A stretch of 60,172 nt of DNA from an uncultured Gammaproteobacteria bacterium (GCA_938003715.1 CALKYK010000517.1:1-60172); one strand, 5' to 3'; positions 1 to 10,215 are shown, numbered from the stretch's first letter. Program-made: numbers and translations. Notes: generated from the letters alone by a model not told the origin.

Positions 1-72
1 TACGATGCCGCCGCGATGATCCAGCGCATCAGGGAGATGCTGGAGCACCCGGCGACGATTTTCATCGACTGA
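1..72 (+). CDS. 3' end of a gene truncated by the window edge; tail resembles the C-terminus of a 2-oxoacid dehydrogenase E2 acyltransferase
   Basis: Frame 1 reads YDAAAMIQRIREMLEHPATIFID then TGA at 70-72. The tail is reminiscent of E2 catalytic-domain C-termini, but only 23 codons are visible. Confidence 0.35.
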   Translation, partial: YDAAAMIQRIREMLEHPATIFID

Positions 73-259
73 GCCACTCGACGCGGACGGATTGTCACGC
101 CGCTGTAACGAAACGGAACCATTGTCGGGCGACCGAGAACTACGCTGCCATTTGGTGCACGAACGGCCGTCGCTCGCATCGATCTGGTGCAGGTTGCGGC
201 GGGCGTTTTCCCGGCCGCAATCCTGCGTTGCCAAGTGATTGTTTGTTATGGACAAATTA

Positions 260-278
260 GCAGCCTTGCTCAGGCTGC
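260..278. promoter_or_regulatory. Perfect 7-bp inverted repeat GCAGCCT-N5-AGGCTGC upstream of the LysR gene; possible operator
   Basis: Read directly from the sequence, about 95 bp upstream of the ATG at 374. No T-run follows, so it is not a terminator. Function is a guess. Confidence 0.2.
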
Positions 279-373
279 AATTGGTACGAATCCTGCAAAC
301 GGGAATGATAGGTGTCGATTGACGGCACCGCGACCTGATCTGGACAACCGGCAGGAAATGCCCCGAAATCGAA

Positions 374-1270
374 ATGAACACGCATCGCCGACCCGCGTCA
401 CTCCGCGCGCTGCGAACCTTTTGCGTCGCTGCCCGGCACCAGAACTTTCGCAAGGCCGCGGAACACCTGCACATCACCGCGTCCGCCGTCAGCCACCAGG
501 TCAAGTCGCTCGAGGATGAACTCGGGCAGCGCCTGTTCGAGCGCGCAAACGGCACGCTCAAGCTGAATGACACTGGCCGTTCGCTCTATCGCAAGCTCGA
601 TCCGCTCATCGACGACATCGACAGTATCGTGGCGAAGCATCGCGACGCCGAACTCGGCGGCACGCTGCGTATATCCGTGCAGCCGTTCCTGGCGAGCGAA
701 CTGTTCGTGCCGCAGCTTCGCGAGTTCATCGACGAACACCCGGAGTTCGACATTCGCATCGATACCAGCGACGAAACCTGGGACGTGCATCCCGAACACG
801 CCGACGTATCGATACGCCTGTTCGCCAGCCCGCCGAAGAACCTGTCGTCCGACCTGCTGATCCCGCTTCGGCTCGTCGCGGCCGTGGCGCCGGAAGTGAA
901 GGAACGGCTGAAGGTCGGCAAGAACCGCGGTCTCGACGCAATCACGCTCATCGTGCACGACACGCGTGCGGACGGCTGGCGTGAGTGGCAACGCGTCTCC
1001 GGTGTCCGCCTGCCCGAACCGGCGAGCGTCCTCCGGCTCGATTCGATGATCGCGGTTGCAAGGGCGGCGGAGCGCGGTATGGGCGCCGCCCTCGTTCCCG
1101 TGCCGATGAGCTGCGCATGGTTCGAGTCCGGCAGTCTCGTGCCGTTGACCGACGACGTGGTCGACACCGGCGATGCTTACTACTTCGTATGTGACAGGGA
1201 TGTTGCAGGCAAGAAGATCGTCAGTGAGCTTCGTGCGTGGGTGTTACACAACATGACCGCAGCGGCATGA
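374..1270 (+). CDS. LysR-family transcriptional regulator
   Basis: 298 aa. N-terminal wHTH LRALRTFCVAARHQNFRKAAEHLHITASAVSHQVKSLEDELGQRLFER, followed by a LysR substrate-binding-type C-terminal domain. Confidence 0.9.
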   Translation: MNTHRRPASLRALRTFCVAARHQNFRKAAEHLHITASAVSHQVKSLEDELGQRLFERANGTLKLNDTGRSLYRKLDPLIDDIDSIVAKHRDAELGGTLRISVQPFLASELFVPQLREFIDEHPEFDIRIDTSDETWDVHPEHADVSIRLFASPPKNLSSDLLIPLRLVAAVAPEVKERLKVGKNRGLDAITLIVHDTRADGWREWQRVSGVRLPEPASVLRLDSMIAVARAAERGMGAALVPVPMSCAWFESGSLVPLTDDVVDTGDAYYFVCDRDVAGKKIVSELRAWVLHNMTAAA

Positions 1271-1380
1271 AAATTATTCACGACCCCGTGCAGTTTTTTT
1301 CGTTTGTCGGTTGCGCCGCCCCCCCCTAGAGTTTTATTGCGACAACGAATTGTCGATGTTGCTTGGGAGGAGACAAGGAA

Positions 1381-1914
1381 ATGAACATGCAAGTACACGA
1401 AACCGCTGCCGGTCCGGGCAGGTTCCGTTCAATTTTGATCGTGGCAGCCTGCCTGATGTCCGGTGCAGTGTGGGCGCACGACACGAATCCGCCGCTGGAG
1501 ATGTCGGTCGTCATCGACCAGGCGTCATTCGGCCGTACGATCAAGAACGGCGCCTACGATGCCGCGATCGAAAAGCTGACTTCGCCGAACCGGCCGGTAC
1601 GCTACCGTATCTTCGACGAGATCAATCTTTGCGTCGCCTATACGAAGACGAAGCGGCTCGAACAGGCACGCCTGACCTGTGACTCGGCGCTGGAACTCGT
1701 CAGGGCGAAGCTGGCGAAAGCCGTCGACAGTGTCGACCAGGCGAAGCTTGCCCGCTTCGAAGCGCTGGCGCTGTCGAATCGAGGCGTGCTTCGAATCGCA
1801 ACCGGCGAGTACGACGCCGCACAACGGGATTTTCAGAGCGCGCTCGCTGCTTCGAAGTCGATTTCGGCGCCGCGCAACAACCTCGCGTACCTGTCGGCGC
1901 GCAACGTGAACTGA
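1381..1914 (+). CDS. Secreted hypothetical protein, helical/TPR-like
   Basis: ORF 1363-1914. ATG at 1381 follows GGAGGA at 1366-1371. Signal-peptide-like RFRSILIVAACLMSGAVWAHD. Ala/Leu-rich helical repeats. No family recognised. Confidence 0.6.
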   Translation: MNMQVHETAAGPGRFRSILIVAACLMSGAVWAHDTNPPLEMSVVIDQASFGRTIKNGAYDAAIEKLTSPNRPVRYRIFDEINLCVAYTKTKRLEQARLTCDSALELVRAKLAKAVDSVDQAKLARFEALALSNRGVLRIATGEYDAAQRDFQSALAASKSISAPRNNLAYLSARNVN

Positions 1915-1983
1915 AACGCCCTGCACTCCGATCGTCGGACACCCCCCTGAACGCATGATTTTGCGCGTTCGACGATCGCCTTG

Positions 1984-2014
1984 ACGGCCCACGTTCGCGT
2001 GGGCCGTTTTTTTT
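1984..2014 (+). terminator. Rho-independent terminator
   Basis: ACGGCCCACG-TTCG-CGTGGGCCGT followed by an 8-T run, about 70 nt after the stop at 1914. Confidence 0.75.
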
Positions 2015-2064
2015 GCATGCGTGATTCCCTATAGTTAGCGCATTCCAATAACAAGAGACTCGCC

Positions 2065-3450
2065 GTGGTCAATCCCAGTTCGCCCGAAACCTGGTCCGGC
2101 CGCATGGCCTTCGTGCTCGCCTCGATCGGTGCTGCCGTCGGCCTCGGCAACATCTGGAAGTTTCCGTACACGCTGGGATCGAGCGGCGGCAGCGCCTTCG
2201 TACTGGTCTACATCACGGCGATCCTTCTGATCGCGACGCCGATCATGCTCGCCGAGATGATCATCGGCCGCCACGCGCGGCGCAGCGCCCCGACGGCGCT
2301 GCGTGTGCTGGCCACCGAGCGCGGCAATAGCGGCAAGTGGTCGTTCGTCGGCTGGATGGGCCTGTTCGCGCTGTTCCTGGTCCTGAGTTTCTACAGCGTG
2401 ATCGCCGGCTGGACCGCGGCGTACCTGGTCAAGGCGGCGTCGGGCTCCATGAGCGGGCTGTCGCCTGCCGAAGTCGGGCAGGACTTCGGTAATTTCCTGG
2501 CCGATCCGCGACCGATGACGATGTGGCATTTCCTGTTCACCGCGGTCACCGTATTCATCGTGTCGCGCGGTGTCAGCGGAGGGCTCGAGCGGGTCGTGCG
2601 CGTGCTGATGCCGGCGCTGTTCGTCACACTGATCGGCCTGTGCATCAACTCGGCGAGCGTCGGCGACTTTTCGGCGGCCATCGGCTTCCTGTCCACGGCC
2701 GACCTGGCGACACTTCCGCCGGTCGTCGTCCTCGCCGCAGCCGGGCACGCGTTCTTTTCCGTGAACGTCGGCGTCGGCGCGGTGCTCACCTATTCCGCCT
2801 ACCTGCCGAAGGACGTCAACCTGTTCCGTTCCGCGATCACGATATCGCTCGGCGACACGCTGGTCGCACTGCTGGCCGGGCTCGCCATTTTCCCGATCGT
2901 GTTCGCGAACAACCTCAATCCCGGCGAGGGCCCGGGCCTGATCTTCGTCACTTTGTCGACCGCGTTCGCGCAGATGCCGGGCGGTTCGATTGTCGGCACC
3001 GCGTTTTTCGTCATGCTGATTTTCGCCGCGCTGACCTCGTCGATCTCGATGCTGGAAACGATGACGGCACGTCTGCTCGAGATGCGTGGCATGACGCGCA
3101 CGAAGGCGGCGAGCCTGATTGGCGGCGGCACGTTCCTGACCGGGCTCATCACGGTCCTGTCCTTCTCGAGCTGGTCCGACGTGCACCTGCTCGGCATGTA
3201 CGAGACTTTCGCCGGCAAGACGCCGTTCGACCTGATCGACTACCTGGTTTCGAACGTCATGATGCCGATCGGCGGCGTCCTGTACGCGCTGTTCGCGGGC
3301 TGGTGGCTGGCAAAGGAAACGTCGGTCGAGGAACTCGGCGTCGGCGACGGTACGCTGTACAAGCTGTGGCTGCTGCTCGCACGCATCATCGCGCCGCTCT
3401 TCATCGCCGTCGTGTTCGTCTACGGCCTGGGGCTCATCGACATCGGCTGA
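2065..3450 (+). CDS. Sodium-dependent transporter, neurotransmitter:sodium symporter (NSS/SNF) family
   Basis: 461 aa, polytopic. N-terminal NSS signature WSGRMAFVLASIGAAVGLGNIWKFPY. GTG start at 2065 is assumed. Confidence 0.9.
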   Translation: MVNPSSPETWSGRMAFVLASIGAAVGLGNIWKFPYTLGSSGGSAFVLVYITAILLIATPIMLAEMIIGRHARRSAPTALRVLATERGNSGKWSFVGWMGLFALFLVLSFYSVIAGWTAAYLVKAASGSMSGLSPAEVGQDFGNFLADPRPMTMWHFLFTAVTVFIVSRGVSGGLERVVRVLMPALFVTLIGLCINSASVGDFSAAIGFLSTADLATLPPVVVLAAAGHAFFSVNVGVGAVLTYSAYLPKDVNLFRSAITISLGDTLVALLAGLAIFPIVFANNLNPGEGPGLIFVTLSTAFAQMPGGSIVGTAFFVMLIFAALTSSISMLETMTARLLEMRGMTRTKAASLIGGGTFLTGLITVLSFSSWSDVHLLGMYETFAGKTPFDLIDYLVSNVMMPIGGVLYALFAGWWLAKETSVEELGVGDGTLYKLWLLLARIIAPLFIAVVFVYGLGLIDIG

Positions 3451-3615
3451 GCGAGCGGCCCGCCAGCGCTCCTTGTTTAGCAGGCGGAAAAATTCGTAGC
3501 GCGACCTGACTTTCGGCGCAGACCTGTTGTCCTGCCTAAAGATTTGACCGTCGCGGTCGTTAACCGGGGTAACGGGCAAGAAGCCCGGGTGCCGGTGCGA
3601 CAGCGACGAAATTCC

Positions 3616-5451
3616 ATGACAGCCGACGTAAGCGACAGGATAGGCCGTTACGAGGTGATCGAATCCCTCGGCAAGGGCTCGCAGGGTGCTGTCTACCTGG
3701 CTCGCGATCCAACCCTCGATCGCTACGTCGCGGTCAAGATTCTGTTCAACCGCGACGAGGACCTGGCGAACCGCAGCGCCGACGGCACGCCGCTCGAGGC
3801 CCGCGCGTCCAGCAAGCTCAAGCACCGCAATATCGTCCCAATCTACGACGCGGGTGAAAGTGACGCGGGCATCTACCTGGTCTTCGAATACGTCGAGGGC
3901 AACACCTTCGCCGAAGTGCTCGCAGCCTGCGGGCCGTACTCGGTCGAGGCGGCGGTTCCGCTGATCGCAGCCATTCTTGACGGCATGGCGGCGGCGCACG
4001 ATGCGGACGTGCTGCACCTCGACCTGTCGCCGCGCAACATCCTGCTCGACGACAACGAAGTGCCGAGGATCATGGATTTCGGCCTGGCGCAGTTCGCCGG
4101 CCACGTGCCGGAAATCGGCGAGTACGTGACAGGGACCCTGCGCTACATGGCGCCGGAACACTTCCTCGGCGAAACGCTCGGCAAGTACACGGACGTCTTC
4201 GCGCTCGGCAGCACGTTCTACGAGCTCGTCACCGGCGAACGCGCGATGGACGGCATGACGCTGGAGGATATCCAGTACCAGATCGTCAAAGGCGGCGTCG
4301 ACCTGGCGCCCCTGAAACAGATGCCGCATGGCGAGGCGTTCGGCCGCTTCCTCGCCGGCGCATTCGAGAAGGATCCGAACGGGCGCTATGCCGACTGCGC
4401 GACGATGAACGAGGCGTTTCGCCTGTTCGCCAACGAGGCGGGGTTGTCGGACAAGCTCGATGCCGCCGGGGCGAAACACTCCACGATCGAGTTCCTGCTG
4501 ACGCGCATGCAGCGGAAACAGGATTTTCCCGCCATCTCGAGCACGCTCTCCGACATCAATCGCCTTACGGGCGACGACAATGTCGCATCCGCCGACAAGC
4601 TGGCAAACGTGATCCTGCGCGACATGGCGCTGACCAGCAAATTGCTGAAGCTCGTCAATTCGGCGTTCTACGGCGCGCGCAACAACGAGGTGACGAGCAT
4701 CTCCGAGGCCGTCGTGTTCTTAGGCGTCGAGAAAGTGCGCATGGTGGCGAACAGCCTGGCCCTCTTCGGCCATCTCAAGGGAGACTCGGCCAAGCTCAAG
4801 GACTCGATGACGAAGTCCTTCCTCGCCGGGCTGATCGCGCGTCACCTCGCGCAGCGCGCGGAGCTGAAATCTGCCGAGGAAGCGTTCATCTGCGGCATGT
4901 GCCAGAACCTGGGCGAGAATCTCGTGATCTACTACTTCCCCGATGCCCATGACGACATCGCGGAACTGCTCGACGGCAAAAAGCTGGGCAAACCGGCGGC
5001 GTCGCGCGGCGTGCTCGGTGTCAGCTTTGCCGAACTCGGCGCCGAGGTCGCAAAAATCTGGAACCTGCCCGAACCGATTATCGATGCAATCCGCGGCATG
5101 CCGCCGGGCCAGGTATTCGCCCCGAACAACGAGGACGAGCAGCTCCGCGACTGCGCGGTCTTTGCAAACGAGCTCTGTGACACCTTCCGCAGCGGCGACG
5201 CGCGGCAGATTCGTATCGTCGTCGGCGCACTGGTAGAGCGTTACAGGCCGAGCATCGGTATCGACGCCGACTACGTACTGAAGCTGATGGCGGCAGGCTA
5301 CGAAAAACTGAAAGCCTACGCGCCGGTATTCGAGATCAACGTTTCGTCGAGCCGCTATTGCAGCGGCGTCGAAAACTGGATCGAGTACGAACTCGCCAAC
5401 CGGCCGGCCGCGAGCGGCGCAGAACAGCAGACGGCATCGGTCGCAAGCTGA
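3616..5451 (+). CDS. Hanks-type Ser/Thr protein kinase fused to a C-terminal HDOD domain
   Basis: Kinase motifs GKGSQGAVY, AVK, HLDLSPRNILLD, DFGLA, YMAPE. C-terminal DFPAISSTLSDINRL...LANVILRDMALTSKLLKLVNSAFYG is HDOD-like. ATG at 3616 preferred over TTG at 3544. Confidence 0.85.
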   Translation: MTADVSDRIGRYEVIESLGKGSQGAVYLARDPTLDRYVAVKILFNRDEDLANRSADGTPLEARASSKLKHRNIVPIYDAGESDAGIYLVFEYVEGNTFAEVLAACGPYSVEAAVPLIAAILDGMAAAHDADVLHLDLSPRNILLDDNEVPRIMDFGLAQFAGHVPEIGEYVTGTLRYMAPEHFLGETLGKYTDVFALGSTFYELVTGERAMDGMTLEDIQYQIVKGGVDLAPLKQMPHGEAFGRFLAGAFEKDPNGRYADCATMNEAFRLFANEAGLSDKLDAAGAKHSTIEFLLTRMQRKQDFPAISSTLSDINRLTGDDNVASADKLANVILRDMALTSKLLKLVNSAFYGARNNEVTSISEAVVFLGVEKVRMVANSLALFGHLKGDSAKLKDSMTKSFLAGLIARHLAQRAELKSAEEAFICGMCQNLGENLVIYYFPDAHDDIAELLDGKKLGKPAASRGVLGVSFAELGAEVAKIWNLPEPIIDAIRGMPPGQVFAPNNEDEQLRDCAVFANELCDTFRSGDARQIRIVVGALVERYRPSIGIDADYVLKLMAAGYEKLKAYAPVFEINVSSSRYCSGVENWIEYELANRPAASGAEQQTASVAS

Positions 5452-5469
5452 CAGGGGATCGCGGCCGCT

Positions 5470-5829
5470 TCAGTGCCCGCCCAGCAGGAACATCGCCAGT
5501 ACGAATGAAACCGCGATGGTCAGCGCGACCGGGACCAGCAGCAGGTGCAGGTACCAGAACCGTTTCGGCGTCATGGCGAGCGCGTAAAACAGGGACGTGC
5601 TCGCAACGGCGCCAGCTGCGATCGTCGCAGTGACCGCAACGCCAGCGGGCAACTCGAGCATGCCGGGTCCGAAAAACCCGGCGACCGGCAGAATGGCCAG
5701 CGCAGCCCAGCCGTGCACCGAGGCGAGGAGCCGCCGACCGGCCGACAGCGCCGACAAACACAGGAAATAGGCGATCGTCGCAAGTCCTGCGGTGGCAATC
5801 AGGAACTTGCCGTAGGCATTGATATCCAT
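5470..5829 (-). CDS. Small integral membrane protein (about 4 TM), function unknown
   Basis: 119 aa, strongly hydrophobic, and the last gene of the minus-strand operon. No family recognised. Confidence 0.55.
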   Translation of the reverse strand: MDINAYGKFLIATAGLATIAYFLCLSALSAGRRLLASVHGWAALAILPVAGFFGPGMLELPAGVAVTATIAAGAVASTSLFYALAMTPKRFWYLHLLLVPVALTIAVSFVLAMFLLGGH

Positions 5830-5850
5830 ACGCGCGGTCGGACGCTGCGC

Positions 5851-7329
5851 CTAGAAGAACCATCCCGGCGGAGCCGAGACGCTGTGCGGCTCCATGAACT
5901 CGTTCAAGCCCTCGTAGCCCAGCACACGACCCACGCCACTCTGCTTGAAGCCGCCGAACGGGCCGCGATAGTCCTGCGCCATGGGCCCGTGACCATTGAT
6001 GTAGGTGTAGCCCGCCTCGAGCCTGCGCGCGATCGTTAGTGCACGGTCGCGATCCGCCGTCCAGACCGACGAGCACAGACCGTACTCCGTGTCGTTCGCC
6101 AGCCGCACCGCCTCGTCCTCGTCGTCGAAAGGCAGGATCGGCACGACGGGGCCGAACTGCTCCTCGCGCACGATGCGCGCATCCGGCGCGCAATTTGTGA
6201 CCACGGTGGGGCGCTGGAAGTAGCCCTCCCGATAAGTATTCTCGTCGGGCGCCCGGCCGAGCTCGGTCACGGTGGCGCCGCTATCGCGCGCATCGTCGAT
6301 CAGGTCGCGTACGACATTCAGCTGGCGCTCGTTGTTCAGCGGGCCCATCGTCACGGTCGGGTCGAGGCCGTCGCCGACGACGATGCGGTCCGGCCGCTCC
6401 CGGAACCGCTCGACGAATTCGTCGTAGCGGGACCGGTGCACGTAGATGCGCTTGACCGCCATGCAGATCTGTCCCGCGGTCATGTAGGTGCCGTTGACGA
6501 AGCTGTCGATGGCGTCGTCGCCGAGTTCTGCGTCCTCGAGCACCAGCGCGGCATCGTTGCCGCCGAGTTCGAGCGTGATCGCCTTCAGCGTATCCGCCGC
6601 GACTTTCATGATGTGCTTGCCTGCCTTGATGCTGCCGGTGAAGCTAATCTTGCGCACCAGCGGATGGCTGATCAGCTCGTCGCCGAGCTCGGACGGCGGG
6701 CTCGCGATCACGTTGATGACGCCGCGCGGCAGCCCGTCGGCCAGCACCTTCAGCAATTGCATCGGTGCCAGCGGCGCCTGCTCGGCGATCTTGATGACGA
6801 CCGTGTTGCCGGTCATCAGGGCCGGCGGCATCTTCACGCCGAGCAGCGAGATCGGCCAGTTCCACGGCACGATCTGCGAGGCGACGCCACGCGGCTGGCG
6901 GAATACGATCGTGTCCCGCGGCGGCGCCCTGTACTGCCGCTCTTCGGCCAGCCATGCCGCCTGCTCGACCGGCCAGCGGAAGCGGTCGCCGAAGCGGGAG
7001 AATTCGATGGCCGACTCCGCAAGGATCTTGCCGTGCTCGCGCGTGAACAGCCGCACCAGCGCATCGAGTCGTTCCTGGTCCTCGTTGAGCGGCGCGATTG
7101 CCTCCGTCAGCATCGCCGCACGTTCGTCATAGCTCAGCGCTGACCAGGCCGGAAATGCGTGATGAGCGGCCTCGATCGCCGCCCGGGCGTCCTCGCGGTT
7201 TGCCAATGCGGCTTTGCCAACGACCTCACCCGGATGCGCAGGATTGACGACATCGTAGGTGCGGCCGCCGCTTGCCGGGCGCCATTCGCCGTCGATGATG
7301 TTCTGCACTTCGACGAGTTCGTCGCTCAT
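5851..7329 (-). CDS. NAD(P)-dependent aldehyde dehydrogenase
   Basis: 492 aa. ALDH hallmarks PWNWP, FTGS, LELGGND, GQICMA, EEQFGPV. Confidence 0.9.
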   Translation of the reverse strand: MSDELVEVQNIIDGEWRPASGGRTYDVVNPAHPGEVVGKAALANREDARAAIEAAHHAFPAWSALSYDERAAMLTEAIAPLNEDQERLDALVRLFTREHGKILAESAIEFSRFGDRFRWPVEQAAWLAEERQYRAPPRDTIVFRQPRGVASQIVPWNWPISLLGVKMPPALMTGNTVVIKIAEQAPLAPMQLLKVLADGLPRGVINVIASPPSELGDELISHPLVRKISFTGSIKAGKHIMKVAADTLKAITLELGGNDAALVLEDAELGDDAIDSFVNGTYMTAGQICMAVKRIYVHRSRYDEFVERFRERPDRIVVGDGLDPTVTMGPLNNERQLNVVRDLIDDARDSGATVTELGRAPDENTYREGYFQRPTVVTNCAPDARIVREEQFGPVVPILPFDDEDEAVRLANDTEYGLCSSVWTADRDRALTIARRLEAGYTYINGHGPMAQDYRGPFGGFKQSGVGRVLGYEGLNEFMEPHSVSAPPGWFF

Positions 7330-7339
7330 GTCCCGGGCT

Positions 7340-7978
7340 TCAGTCGGTCGGGCGCGGAATGTCCGACACTTTCTTCGGCACGTCGTAACCGCGCTGCACC
7401 GCGGGGCGATCCGCGATGTCCAGATACCAGCGGCGTACCGCCGGATAGTCGTTCATGTCCACGTCCTGCCACTGCCAGCGCGACACCCACGGCCACGCGG
7501 CGATGTCGGCAATGGAATAGTCGTTGCCGCCTAGGTATGCCGAATTCTCGAGCCGCCTGTCCATGACGCCGTACAGGCGATTCGCTTCCTTGCCATAACG
7601 CTCGCTCGCGTACTTCGACTTGTCGGGTTTGAAATGCACGAAATGATGCGCCTGACCGAGCATCGGGCCGAGACCGCCCATCTGGAACATCAGCCATTCG
7701 AGAACGCGCATGCGCTCGAACCGTGCCGTGGGCAGCAGCGTTCCCGTCTTCTCGGCCAGGTAAATCAGGATGGCGCCGGACTCCATCAGGGAAAAGTTTT
7801 CGTCGCGGTCGACGATGGCGGGGATCTTGTTGTTCGGGCTGATCTTCAGGAAGTCCGGCTCGAACTGCTCGCCGTTCGTGATGTCGATCGGGTGCACCTC
7901 GTACGCCAGGCCGACCTCCTCGAGCATGATGGAGGCCTTGCGGCCGTTCGGCGTCGTCCAGGTGTAGAGGTCGATCAT
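7340..7978 (-). CDS. yfcG: Nu-class glutathione S-transferase (YfcG-like)
   Basis: 212 aa. Near-colinear with E. coli YfcG as I recall it (MIDLY..TPNG.K....EE......H.ID...GEQF.P.FL.ISPNNKIPAIVD; GGLGPMLGQ.HHF). Its ATG overlaps the upstream stop (ATGA). Confidence 0.8.
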   Translation of the reverse strand: MIDLYTWTTPNGRKASIMLEEVGLAYEVHPIDITNGEQFEPDFLKISPNNKIPAIVDRDENFSLMESGAILIYLAEKTGTLLPTARFERMRVLEWLMFQMGGLGPMLGQAHHFVHFKPDKSKYASERYGKEANRLYGVMDRRLENSAYLGGNDYSIADIAAWPWVSRWQWQDVDMNDYPAVRRWYLDIADRPAVQRGYDVPKKVSDIPRPTD

Positions 7979-8742
7979 CAGAGCCGGAGCGCGCCGTCGA
8001 TGTCGAAGCAGCGGCCGCTGACGTAGTCGTTCTCGAAAATGAACTGCACCGTTTGCGCAATTTCGTCAGGATCGCCGATGCGCCTGAGCGGAATGTTCGC
8101 GGTCAGCTTCTCGCGCGCCTCCGGTTTCATCGCCATGACCATCTCGGTGCCGATGAAGCCCGGCGCGATCGCTGCTGCACGCAGCCCGTAGCGCGCGAAC
8201 TCCTTCGCCCAGACCACGGCCATCGCGGCGACGCCGGCTTTCGACGCAGAATAGTTGAGCTGCCCCATGTTGCCGTAGCGAGAGATCGACGAGATGTTGA
8301 TGATGCAGCCCCTGCACTCGAGGTCGATCATCTTCTTCGCCGCCTCGCGGCCGCACAGGAATACGCCGGTGAGGTTCACGTCGATGACGGCCTGCCACTG
8401 TTCCATCGTCATCTTCGACACGAACTCGCCGTCCTTGTACTTGAGCGTCAGCGCATCGCGCGTGATGCCGGCGTTGTTGACGAGGCCGTGCAGTGCGCCG
8501 AATTCCTTTGCAATGGAATCGAACAGTGACTCGACCGCGTCTTCTTTTGCAACGTTGCATTCGTAGGTGCGGACCTCGCCGGCACCGGCGCTCTGGCAGG
8601 CATTCTTCGTTGCGGCGAGCGCGTCCCCGTCGAGATCCACCAGCGCCAGCCGGCTGCCTTGTGCCGCCAGCCGCGTGCCCATCGCGGCGCCGAGGCCGCG
8701 ACCGCCGCCCGTGATGACGATCGTCTTGTCTTTCAGTTCCAT
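7978..8742 (-). CDS. Short-chain dehydrogenase/reductase (FabG-like)
   Basis: 254 aa. TGGGRGLG Rossmann motif, NNAGI, and a S...YxxxK catalytic pattern (YSASK). Confidence 0.9.
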   Translation of the reverse strand: MELKDKTIVITGGGRGLGAAMGTRLAAQGSRLALVDLDGDALAATKNACQSAGAGEVRTYECNVAKEDAVESLFDSIAKEFGALHGLVNNAGITRDALTLKYKDGEFVSKMTMEQWQAVIDVNLTGVFLCGREAAKKMIDLECRGCIINISSISRYGNMGQLNYSASKAGVAAMAVVWAKEFARYGLRAAAIAPGFIGTEMVMAMKPEAREKLTANIPLRRIGDPDEIAQTVQFIFENDYVSGRCFDIDGALRL

Positions 8743-8757
8743 GTCGTCCTGTTCCCG

Positions 8758-10095
8758 CTAACGGATGTGCAGCCGGTACGCGATCAGCCCGCCCACGGCC
8801 ATCGGTACCGCAAAGATGTAAAAGTTCGCCGACATGTCGAGCCCGGCAGCGATCAGGTAGCCGGCGACCATCGGGCCGATGACGGCGCCCGAACGCCCGA
8901 GACCAATCGCCCAGCCGATGCCGGTGCTGCGAATTTCCGTCGGGTAGGACTTCGCCGCGGCACCGTAGAGCCCGGTGAACCCGCCCTGCTGCAGGACGCC
9001 GACGATGAATATGATCCACATCAGCAACGAAAGCTCGTTCGGCGCGGATGCAAACACGACCATGCCGATCGCGGACGTGCCGGACAGGACGAAGATCAGG
9101 TTCGTCAATTTGAATTTCGTCGACAGGAAACCGAGCAGGTAGATGCCGATGACGCCGCCGAGATTGAAAAGGAAAAATGCGCGCCGTCCTACCGCCGGCT
9201 CGTAACCCGATGCGTCCATCAGGTTGGGTATCCAGCTCATCAGGAAGTACAGCGTTGAGAAACAGAGGAAGAACGCGGTCCACAGGGTCAGGGTCACGCG
9301 CCGGTGCTCGGGTGCGACGAGCTTCAGCATGACCGTGATGACGCTCTCCTTCTGCTGCGGCTTCGCCACCTCGACGTCCGGCATCACGAGCAGCGTGTCT
9401 TTTTTCAGCTTGCGCAGGATCATGTTGACGCGCTCCAGCGCATCGTGGGGCCGTCGTTCGAAGAGATACTTGAGCGACTCGGGTATCAGGAGCCAGGCAA
9501 CGAGACCCATGGAAAGCGTCAGCGCGCCGCCGAACCAGAACATCCCGCGCCAGCCGTACTCCGGCATGATGAAACCCGCAACGACCGACGTCATCATCGC
9601 CCCCAGCGGATAACCGGAAGTGACCGCAGCGACGGACAGCGCCCGGTACTTGTCCGGGCTGTATTCCGCGGCCAGCGTGGCCTGGCAGGCCAGCATCGCG
9701 CCGGCGCCGAGACCGGAGATGAAGCGGAGCACGATGAATTCGGCGAGCGTCGTCGCGTTCGCGGTGAACAGGATCGACACACCGACCAGCGTGATGCTGA
9801 TGATGATCAGCTTGCGGCGGCCGATAATGTCGGAAACGGGCGCGAGAAACATCGCGCCGGCCATCATGCCGGCGAGGGCGAATCCGAAACTCCAGCCGAG
9901 TCTGTCCGGGGTCAGCGCGAGTTCTGCTGCGACCGGCGTCGCGACGACCGCCATTGCCGTGATGTCGAAGCCGTCGAGCATGTTGAAGAACAGGCACAGG
10001 AATACGACCAGCAGCTGCTGCGCACTGACCTCGCCGTTGTCGATGACGTCGTGAACGAGGGCCTCGCTGCTGACCGCCTGCGGGTGTGCTGACAT
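8758..10095 (-). CDS. MFS transporter, aromatic acid:H+ symporter (AAHS, PcaK-like) family
   Basis: 445 aa, 12-TM pattern. FFNMLDGFDITAMAVV and DIIGRRK motifs are typical of AAHS/MFS_1. Confidence 0.85.
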   Translation of the reverse strand: MSAHPQAVSSEALVHDVIDNGEVSAQQLLVVFLCLFFNMLDGFDITAMAVVATPVAAELALTPDRLGWSFGFALAGMMAGAMFLAPVSDIIGRRKLIIISITLVGVSILFTANATTLAEFIVLRFISGLGAGAMLACQATLAAEYSPDKYRALSVAAVTSGYPLGAMMTSVVAGFIMPEYGWRGMFWFGGALTLSMGLVAWLLIPESLKYLFERRPHDALERVNMILRKLKKDTLLVMPDVEVAKPQQKESVITVMLKLVAPEHRRVTLTLWTAFFLCFSTLYFLMSWIPNLMDASGYEPAVGRRAFFLFNLGGVIGIYLLGFLSTKFKLTNLIFVLSGTSAIGMVVFASAPNELSLLMWIIFIVGVLQQGGFTGLYGAAAKSYPTEIRSTGIGWAIGLGRSGAVIGPMVAGYLIAAGLDMSANFYIFAVPMAVGGLIAYRLHIR

Positions 10096-10215
10096 CGGGT
10101 GTACTCCGTCGGGACGCGTTGGCCGCGTTTATCGTTGCGCGCTAAAGGTATCAGGTTTGCGCCGGGCCGTCCGGCGGCAGCTGACGCTGCGGGTGACGAC
10201 CGGCCCGCGCTGCGG

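Noticed and set aside
2035-4479. 814-aa minus-strand ORF spanning the NSS transporter and kinase genes
   Set aside because: The composition is extremely Arg/Ala/Gly/Asp/His-rich and low in complexity, with no recognisable motifs. It lies antisense to two genes with clear family signatures. Long antisense ORFs of this kind are a typical artefact of high-GC DNA.
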